This document shows positions 16,428-23,517 of a stretch of 64,000 nt of DNA, piece after piece. A program made the position numbers and the translations under genes. How positions within the stretch are numbered: position 1 is the stretch's first letter; every line of letters starts with the position of its first letter. A model generated the notes under the pieces. That model was not told the origin of the DNA, did no database searches, and worked only from the letters and a program-made list of their open reading frames with translations. Origin of the DNA: an uncultured Smithella sp. (GTDB taxonomy: Bacteria; Desulfobacterota; Syntrophia; Syntrophales; Smithellaceae); contig CAYMYR010000007.1 in assembly GCA_964394715.1 (NCBI GenBank), forward strand, positions 498-64,497, written 5' to 3'.

Positions 16428-17294
16428 GTGGCGCTGATACTGAAGGGGAAAAACGTCCTGGTCACCGGCTCCGCCATGGGCATTGGCAGGGGATTGTCGG
16501 AATGTTTTGCGCGGCAGGGGGCAAACATTGTTTTGGTGGATCTTCCCGCACAGAAAAAGAACCTTGAAAGCTGGGCTGCGGAGCTTCAAAATACGTTTCA
16601 GATAAAAACCTGGACCTTTTACACAGATCTTACAGGATCTGACGGTCCCGAACGGTTACATGAGAATATCATGGAGCAGGTGAGCGAAGTCCATGTTCTG
16701 GTAAACAACGCTGGAGTCTGCTGGTTCGGGCGGTATTCGGAGATGCCCCTGGAAAGACTGTCCGGCATGATTCTACTCAACTGCCTGGCCTATGCCAAAA
16801 TGATTCGGCTGTTTCTTCCCGCCATGATCAAACGCAATAATGGAGGGGTTCTGAATATTTCTTCTGTCTCGGCATTCCAGCCAGTACCGACCCTCGGGCT
16901 TTACGCCGCCACCAAGGCCTTTACGCAAAGCCTGACTGAAGCGGTCAGGGCAGAACTTCCTGCAGGAAGCAAAGTAACGGTATCGACACTCAACCCGCCT
17001 TTCACCAGAACGCACCTTATCGACGATGCCGGTGTCCCCTCTGATTATATACCCATTAAAATGTCCTTCATGGGTATTGAGGAAGTCGTGTCGTCAGGGG
17101 TTAAGGCGTTCATACGCGGCAAAGAACGGTATGTCCCCGGTTTGCACAACCGGATTTTATATCTCGGTTTATCCAGGCTTATCCCTCACCGTTTATCCAA
17201 TAAACTCTCCCGGTTGCTTACCCGCCGGCTGTCCGATTTTGTTCCCGCAATGCTTGCGTCTTTCTTCAGTCGTCAAAAATCGAACGGGCGCTGA
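16428..17294 (+). CDS. Short-chain dehydrogenase/reductase (classical SDR)
   Basis: VTGSAMGIGRG, NNAG and YAATKAF (YxxxK). GTG start with AAGGAG upstream. Confidence 0.85.
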   Translation: MALILKGKNVLVTGSAMGIGRGLSECFARQGANIVLVDLPAQKKNLESWAAELQNTFQIKTWTFYTDLTGSDGPERLHENIMEQVSEVHVLVNNAGVCWFGRYSEMPLERLSGMILLNCLAYAKMIRLFLPAMIKRNNGGVLNISSVSAFQPVPTLGLYAATKAFTQSLTEAVRAELPAGSKVTVSTLNPPFTRTHLIDDAGVPSDYIPIKMSFMGIEEVVSSGVKAFIRGKERYVPGLHNRILYLGLSRLIPHRLSNKLSRLLTRRLSDFVPAMLASFFSRQKSNGR

Positions 17295-17333
17295 ACACAC
17301 CCATGTAGAAATACGTTTTAAAAAATAGAATAA

Positions 17334-17365
17334 GGCACAAAACAACATGACTGTGCCGTTTTTTT
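17334..17365 (+). terminator. Probable Rho-independent terminator of the 7197-17294 operon
   Basis: GGCACA (17334-17339) pairs with TGTGCC (17352-17357), followed by a run of 7 T (17359-17365). A second TGTGCC at 17365-17370 allows an alternative pairing. Confidence 0.5.
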
Positions 17366-17793
17366 GTGCCTATCAGGCCAGATAATATTCCGAAGATAGC
17401 AGAATCCAGCAGACATGAAGTGATCCTCATCTTTTTTGCTCTTATGATCCCTCGGAGCCTGCGTCTGTGTCGGTTCAATTCTCACTCCATGTACCAAGTA
17501 ATATCAATAGCATATATAGTTTTATTAGGCTGGTAAGCCTTTTTTATTTTCTTTGCAATGCCAAACTTTGACAGGAATACGCGGCGTATGGTTTACTTCG
17601 ACTCACTGGCGTAGAAACAGGCTGCGGCGTGACCATCAACCCGGCGCTCTTTTACACTTATAAAGCCCTGCTCTCTGTCCGAAGAGCATAGACCACCTCA
17701 ATATGGTCAAAGAACTTTTCACGATGTCTTGGCAATCAAAAGATAACCATTAGAGCATCAATATCCAAATAACGATTGACAGTTATTTATTTG

Positions 17794-17837
17794 TTTGATA
17801 GGTAACACATGTTGCGTAACAAATGTTGCCTATCAAA
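17794..17837. promoter_or_regulatory. Composite operator-like inverted/direct repeat upstream of the TetR gene
   Basis: TTTGATAGGTAACA (17794-17807) versus the reverse complement of TGTTGCCTATCAAA (17824-17837) matches 13/14. Inside lie two tandem 14-nt repeats, GTAACACATGTTGC / GTAACAAATGTTGC (17802-17829), each with an AACA-NN-TGTT core. It ends 15 nt before the GTG start at 17853. Confidence 0.5.
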
Positions 17838-17852
17838 TGAAAGGGAAATGCT

Positions 17853-18455
17853 GTGGCTCCAAAAAATAGTGTTACCAGAGAGGAAATCATCGAAACGGCT
17901 TTTGCGATTGTTCAGCGAGAAGGGATGACATCTCTTACAGCGAGAAATGTCGCCCAAAAGCTGGGGCTATCCACGAGGCCTGTCTATTCCCACTTTGCCT
18001 CCATGAAAGATCTTCAGCAAGAGGCGATGCGTAAAGCAGGGGAGCTTATGCTGGCTTATGTTTCCAAATGCTATACAGATGATATGTTCTTGAATATGGG
18101 TACGGGGGCAGCGTTTTTTGCCAGAGATCACAAGGTGCTCTATCGGATCCTGTTCATGGAAAACAACGATTTCAAGGATCTCTTAAATGATTTCCGGATG
18201 GACCTCAGCCGGCAAATGAGAAAAGATGAAAGATTTTCGCGGATGACCCAGAAAGAACGGGATGCTTTGCTCAATAAAATGTGGATCTTCACACACGGTT
18301 TGGCTTCATTCATCTGCGTTGGCCTGCTTGAGGAGGACTCTGATCTCTATATCATTGAGACGATGAACAAAATGGGTTCGATCGTCGGTACCGCAGCCGT
18401 CAAGGAGAGCCTTCACTATAAAAAAACTGTAAGAACAAGGAGGAACAATGAGTGA
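17853..18455 (+). CDS. TetR-family transcriptional regulator
   Basis: N-terminal HTH LTARNVAQKLGLSTRPVYSHFASMKDL. 200 aa. Confidence 0.85.
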   Translation: MAPKNSVTREEIIETAFAIVQREGMTSLTARNVAQKLGLSTRPVYSHFASMKDLQQEAMRKAGELMLAYVSKCYTDDMFLNMGTGAAFFARDHKVLYRILFMENNDFKDLLNDFRMDLSRQMRKDERFSRMTQKERDALLNKMWIFTHGLASFICVGLLEEDSDLYIIETMNKMGSIVGTAAVKESLHYKKTVRTRRNNE

Positions 18456-19944
18456 TTATGATGTGATCGTAATAGGCGCCGGAAACGGCGGGCTCACGGC
18501 TGCCGCCGGTCTTGCCAAAAACGGGCATAAGACGCTGCTGCTGGAAAGACATAATGTTCCGGGCGGATGCGCTACAAGCTTTATCAGGGGTAGATTTGAA
18601 TTTGAAACGGCCCTTCACCAGTTGAGCGGAATTGGTCTTCCGGAATTTCCAGGGCCTTTGCATGGCGTTCTAAGCAATCTGGGTGTTGTCGACAAAATTA
18701 AGTTCATACAACAGAAAAACCTTTACCGGTTTGTTATTCCCGGGAAAGTGGATATCAACCTGAAAGCTGAAAGAGCGGCGGCGGAACAGGCACTGATGGA
18801 AAGCTTTCCATCCGAGAAGGAAGGAATTAAAAAGTTTTTTGAACTTTTATATGCGTTTTGCATGGAGATGGTGAGTGCGCTGTATATGAAGGACCCGGAG
18901 GCAAGCCCCGAGAAGTATCCGCTCTTTTTCAAACTGGCCCTAAAGGATTCCCAGGACATTCTCGATGAATACTTCAAAGACCCCGTCCTGCAGCAAATCG
19001 TTAGCATATACTGGAGCTATGCCGGACAGCCGCCAAGCAGGCTCAGTTTTATGGATCTTGCCATGATGCTCTGGGCGTATCTCGAATTCAAACCGTGGCA
19101 TATGAAGGGAGGGTCGCAGGCAATGTCCAACGCAATATGTGACGCCTTCATCAATTTCGGCGGAGATACAAGGTTCAATTGCGCGGCAAAAAAGATTAAC
19201 GTCGCCAACGGCAAAATCAAATCCGTTTTCACGGAAGACGGAGATGAGATATCAACAAAGTTTGTTGTTTCCAACGCCGATCCGATAACAACATTAATTG
19301 ATATGGTCGGCGCGGATAAATGCCCCGCGGATGAGCTCAGGACACTCAATGCAAAAACGATCGGAGTATCCGCGTTCACTCTTTATATGGGGTTCGACTG
19401 CAATCCGGAGGATATTGGAATAGAGAAGGCGACAAACTTCATCGGCAAGGCGACCACGAGCCCCGATTCAGTATACTTAACAATGAAAACCCTGGAAGCA
19501 CCGGAATTTGCCATGATGACCTGCTATGACGTGGATGACCCTGAATTTTCACCCCAGGGTTCGTGTCAGGCCTCGCTTGTTACGCTTCAGTATGGCCAGC
19601 CGTGGCTGAGCGTTCCATCTACAAAATATTATGACACGAAATACCGCTTTGCCGAGAATTTGTTGAATCTTGCTGAAACGGTTTTCCCTGATCTCCGGAA
19701 GCATCTTGAGGAAGCGGAGCCGGCGACACCGCTTACGCATATGCGCTATCTCGGCCATCCGGGTGGTTCGATTTATGGGACGGACCACTTTAAAAGAGAG
19801 ACGGCCGTCTTTGTGGATTCAAAGTCGATGATTCAGGGTTTGTTTTTCGCGGGTGCTTGGAATGGCGCCGGTGGTTTTGAGCCGACTCTTGAGTCGGGCG
19901 CTTCTGTCGCCAGGCAGGTTTCACGACTTCTTAAAAAGCAATAG
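18448..19944 (+). CDS. FAD-dependent oxidoreductase, phytoene-desaturase (CrtI)-like family
   Basis: DYDVIVIGAGNGGLTAAAGLAKNGHKTLLLERHNVPGGC dinucleotide-binding fold. 498 aa. The start overlaps the TetR stop by 8 nt, with AGGAGG upstream. Confidence 0.75.
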   Translation: MSDYDVIVIGAGNGGLTAAAGLAKNGHKTLLLERHNVPGGCATSFIRGRFEFETALHQLSGIGLPEFPGPLHGVLSNLGVVDKIKFIQQKNLYRFVIPGKVDINLKAERAAAEQALMESFPSEKEGIKKFFELLYAFCMEMVSALYMKDPEASPEKYPLFFKLALKDSQDILDEYFKDPVLQQIVSIYWSYAGQPPSRLSFMDLAMMLWAYLEFKPWHMKGGSQAMSNAICDAFINFGGDTRFNCAAKKINVANGKIKSVFTEDGDEISTKFVVSNADPITTLIDMVGADKCPADELRTLNAKTIGVSAFTLYMGFDCNPEDIGIEKATNFIGKATTSPDSVYLTMKTLEAPEFAMMTCYDVDDPEFSPQGSCQASLVTLQYGQPWLSVPSTKYYDTKYRFAENLLNLAETVFPDLRKHLEEAEPATPLTHMRYLGHPGGSIYGTDHFKRETAVFVDSKSMIQGLFFAGAWNGAGGFEPTLESGASVARQVSRLLKKQ

Positions 19945-19956
19945 AGGAGAGGAAAA

Positions 19957-21114
19957 ATGACTCGAAAAGAAATATTCAAAAAAGTTGAAGGATATCATGA
20001 AATCATGAAGGAGAGTTCTATCCTTGAGAAATATGGTTTTGACTATCAGACAAGAAAGGGGGAAGTCAAAAGCATCATCGATGCACTTCACCCGCAAAGG
20101 CTTGACCTGACTGTATCGGAAATGACTCAGGAGACGGCAAGCGCCAAATCCATTAAACTTGTAAACGAAAGTGGCTGTCAGCCGCCGTTTCAATCCGGAC
20201 AGTATATTAATATTTTTGTGGATGCGGGAGGGGTCAGGACAAGCAGGCCATACAGCATTGCATCTTCTCCGACGCAAATAGGCCATTATGAGATCACGGT
20301 CCGAAAGGTGGAAGACGGGTTTGTCTCTGATTACCTGCTGAATGAGTTGAAACCAGGTGATAAAATCAGCAGTTCATCGCCGTCTGGCAATTTCCATTAC
20401 AATCCGCTTTTTCACGGCAATCAATTGGCATTGATCGCAGGCGGCAGCGGCATCACTCCTTTCATGAGCATGATTCGGGAGCTTTCTGATAAAAACCTGA
20501 ACCGCAGGTTGCACCTGTTTTACGGATGCAGGGTGGAGGACGATGTAATATACAGGACCGAGCTTGACAGAATTGCATCAGCCCACAAGAACTTCACCTG
20601 GGATTTGATTGTATCCGAACCCACATCCTCTTATTGCGGGCATGCGGGATTCATCAATGCTGATCTCATCAAGGAAAGGTTGGATGGCCTTGACTGGACA
20701 TTCTTTATATGCGGACCACCGGCCATGTATCAATTTTGTGTTCCTGAACTCGAAAAGCTGCAGATACCGTCAAGAAAGATAAAAGTTGAAGTCATGGGTG
20801 CATTGAAAAATATAACAGCGTATCCCGGCTGGCCCGAAAATGTAAAGGCCGACGATGTTTTCAAGGTAGCGGTAAAAGGGAAAAGGACAATCAGCGCGTC
20901 TGCCCGGGAGCCGCTTATGATATCTCTGGAGAGGGCGGGCATGGTGATTCCCGCCTTGTGCCGCTCAGGGGAATGCAGTCTCTGCAGGACCAAACTGCTT
21001 TCGGGAAAGGTATATCAGCCAAATGACGTAAAGCTGAGAAAATCCGATCGAAGTTTTGGATATATACACCCCTGCATGGCGTATCCGACAACGGACATTG
21101 AAATCCTGCTTTAG
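19957..21114 (+). CDS. Ferredoxin-NAD(P)+ reductase-like flavoprotein with C-terminal plant-type 2Fe-2S ferredoxin domain
   Basis: RPYSIAS (FAD-binding RxYS), LIAGGSGITP (NAD-binding) and C-terminal CRSGECSLCRTKLL...HPC. Confidence 0.8.
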   Translation: MTRKEIFKKVEGYHEIMKESSILEKYGFDYQTRKGEVKSIIDALHPQRLDLTVSEMTQETASAKSIKLVNESGCQPPFQSGQYINIFVDAGGVRTSRPYSIASSPTQIGHYEITVRKVEDGFVSDYLLNELKPGDKISSSSPSGNFHYNPLFHGNQLALIAGGSGITPFMSMIRELSDKNLNRRLHLFYGCRVEDDVIYRTELDRIASAHKNFTWDLIVSEPTSSYCGHAGFINADLIKERLDGLDWTFFICGPPAMYQFCVPELEKLQIPSRKIKVEVMGALKNITAYPGWPENVKADDVFKVAVKGKRTISASAREPLMISLERAGMVIPALCRSGECSLCRTKLLSGKVYQPNDVKLRKSDRSFGYIHPCMAYPTTDIEILL

Positions 21115-21252
21115 ATGACTCCGAATATTCGTGGGATGATTAAATCCAATCTTGCGGATTAAGGGCGGATTACGCGGACATAACACTTAATTAATTGTGA
21201 AAGGTATATTTTGCTAGATCAATCATGCTGATTGATCTTTCACAATTTCTCA

Positions 21253-21288
21253 GCGGTTGGAGTATTTTTATTCAACCGCCTTTTTGTT
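21253..21288 (+). terminator. Probable Rho-independent terminator
   Basis: GCGGTTG (21253-21259) pairs with CAACCGC (21273-21279) across a 13-nt loop, followed by CTTTTTGTT. Confidence 0.5.
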
Positions 21289-21420
21289 CTTCATTATTTT
21301 AGGGGTAGGCCCTTCGGCAAGCTCAGGGTAAACGCCAGACAGATCAGAAGACGTGGTTCTCTTGCTAAAAGCGTGTTACATGATCACGCCGGTATTCGTC
21401 ATACCCCTCTGTTATTCTCT

Positions 21421-21449
21421 TTGACCTTGGTCGATGTTTGACCTATAAT
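21421..21449 (+). promoter_or_regulatory. sigma70-type promoter for the 21491 gene
   Basis: TTGACC (21421-21426), a 17-nt spacer, then TATAAT (21444-21449). It lies 42 nt upstream of the TTG start, which has AAGGAG upstream. Confidence 0.5.
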
Positions 21450-21490
21450 TATCATACAATGTGCCGGTATTTTAAACAAGGAGAACAACA

Positions 21491-22123
21491 TTGTATTTGA
21501 AGTCAAGGAATGCTTGTCTATCATTGTTTATAGTCATCTTGATCCTCTTATGTGTTCCAGTCTCTTCTTACGCCTTTTCATCAAAGAAAATTACAAAAAC
21601 GAAGATCATCAGGTTTATTCCATTAATTCCTACAGAAAAAAGAGAAGGTTCCTGCTGGACCAATTCCACTATTATTGAACGGTCAGATGCCTGGCGATGT
21701 ATGATAGGCAATGAGATTTTTGACCCGTGCTATGCCGCCCGGGACAAAACAACTATTGTCTGCGGCTCCAAACCTGACGTAGAAAAACCAACGGGATTCG
21801 TCCTTAAGCTTACCGAACCGTTACCGACACCTTATGTTTCCAGGGGTCCTTCTTCATCCGCATCGATGATTGAACTGGAAGATGGAACAATCTGTGATGC
21901 TATCTTTGGCGCTTCGGGTGCCACCGATGGTGTCATAACGGAGAGAATCAGCTATTCCTGTCGAATGAGCAGCAAGAATATGGTAATTTTTGGTGATATA
22001 AAACCGGGAAGAGTCTGGATCGCAGAAAAAGGCATTCTCGTTGAACAAAAGACAAAGGATGATCTGCCGCCCATGCTGGTAAAGGATCTTCGGAAGGTAA
22101 AAATCAGAACCGCCTGGCAGTGA
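21491..22123 (+). CDS. Secreted hypothetical protein
   Basis: N-terminal signal peptide (LSLFIVILILLCVPVSSYAFS). No motif recognised. Low GC (19 of 60 nt in line 21481). Confidence 0.6.
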   Translation: MYLKSRNACLSLFIVILILLCVPVSSYAFSSKKITKTKIIRFIPLIPTEKREGSCWTNSTIIERSDAWRCMIGNEIFDPCYAARDKTTIVCGSKPDVEKPTGFVLKLTEPLPTPYVSRGPSSSASMIELEDGTICDAIFGASGATDGVITERISYSCRMSSKNMVIFGDIKPGRVWIAEKGILVEQKTKDDLPPMLVKDLRKVKIRTAWQ

Positions 22124-22194
22124 TATAATGTGATTCTACCCGGTTTAGAAAGTGGTGGTATCACGTTGGAATTATCTTTTCAAAGAAAGGAGTA

Positions 22195-22386
22195 ATGCCT
22201 GTGAAGCCTGTAACAACCATTGTCGTTATCCTTCTGCTTGTCATCTCTTTCGCACAACTGCTGAGGCTTATTTTTCAGGTCGAGGTCATTGCGGCAGGAT
22301 TTCACGTTCCGGTCTGGTTGAGTGTCTTCGGGGTCATCATTCCGGCCCTGCTGGCTTTCCTGCTATGGAGGGAGAATAAAAAATAG
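22195..22386 (+). CDS. Small two-TM membrane protein (63 aa), hypothetical
   Basis: AAAGGAG SD 5 nt upstream of the ATG and two clear hydrophobic helices. Preferred over the overlapping ORF 22152..22379. Confidence 0.5.
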   Translation: MPVKPVTTIVVILLLVISFAQLLRLIFQVEVIAAGFHVPVWLSVFGVIIPALLAFLLWRENKK

Positions 22387-22473
22387 TTTACGATGAAGAT
22401 CGCACCGATAAAAATAGTTGTTTGACACACCAACTCACGATCGAAAAAGAAGCAAAAAGAAAGCCCGCCAGCC

Positions 22474-23424
22474 ATGACCCGGAAGCGAATCATCACATCC
22501 AGAATTTTGCCGCTGCCATCAAAGAGTTCCCTTGAGTGCTACCTGGCCGGCAGATTTTCCTATCTGACACAGAATCAATGGAGGGATGAGATTTCCCACG
22601 GCAGGATATTGCTGGATGGCTTTATCGTTACCGATCCTGTAACACCGATCAATGGCGGTGAAACACTGGCCTGGGATGGAAGCCGGCTCATTGAACCGGA
22701 CATCGATAAAAATATTTCTGTTCTCTATGAAGACGAATGCCTGATTGCCGTCAACAAAACAGGCAATCTGCCGGTGCACCCCGCTGGACGGTATTTCAAC
22801 AACACACTCGTTGCCATACTGGAAGACCGTTACGGGCGCAAGGTTTATCCGGCACACCGTATTGATCGCGAAACATCTGGCGTGATTCTCCTTGCCTTTG
22901 ACGGAAAATGCGCAGGTGCACTTTCTGACTCGCTGGCGAAGGGTTCAAAAGAGTACCTGGCGCTGGTACATGGATTGTTCCCCGGGGAGGAGATGATTGT
23001 TGATTTGCCTTTAGGATCCGACAGTGAATCCGCCGTTGGCAAGAAACGCAAGGCAAAAGCGGGCGGGACAGAAACGGCCCTTACGCGATTTCGAAAAGTC
23101 CTTTGGGCCGGGCAGTTTTCCCTTGTCCGGTGTTTTCCGGAAACAGGGCGGCTGCATCAGATCCGCGCCCATCTGGAAGCCGCGGGTTATCCCGTTGTCG
23201 GTGATAAACTCTATGGCAGGGACAAAACCGCTTTTCTTGACTTTATCAGGCATGGATACACTTCCGAAATGGAAAAGCGTCTTCTCCTGCCGCGTTCGGC
23301 GCTGCATGCCGCCAGGCTGGTTTTTTTGCACCCGCAGACCGGGAGAAAAATGATCGTACGTGCACCGCTTCCAAAGATGTTTGCGGATTTTATTTGTTCA
23401 CAAAAAAACAGGACGGATCTGTAA
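22474..23424 (+). CDS. RluA-family pseudouridine synthase
   Basis: S4-like N-terminus and the catalytic-Asp motif HRIDRETSGVILLA, followed by HQIRAHL. Confidence 0.85.
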   Translation: MTRKRIITSRILPLPSKSSLECYLAGRFSYLTQNQWRDEISHGRILLDGFIVTDPVTPINGGETLAWDGSRLIEPDIDKNISVLYEDECLIAVNKTGNLPVHPAGRYFNNTLVAILEDRYGRKVYPAHRIDRETSGVILLAFDGKCAGALSDSLAKGSKEYLALVHGLFPGEEMIVDLPLGSDSESAVGKKRKAKAGGTETALTRFRKVLWAGQFSLVRCFPETGRLHQIRAHLEAAGYPVVGDKLYGRDKTAFLDFIRHGYTSEMEKRLLLPRSALHAARLVFLHPQTGRKMIVRAPLPKMFADFICSQKNRTDL

Positions 23425-23517
23425 AGGATCATCATTAAGTATCCGCTCCTTGATGCTTGCCGAAAAGGCTGGAAAGGTTTATATATATTTGGAGAATTAC
23501 AACTGATTGGCAGGAAA

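Noticed and set aside
17266-17478. 70-aa minus-strand ORF in the 17.3-17.85 kb intergenic region
   Set aside because: It overlaps the 3' end of the SDR gene and the terminator hairpin. It has no SD and no recognisable features.
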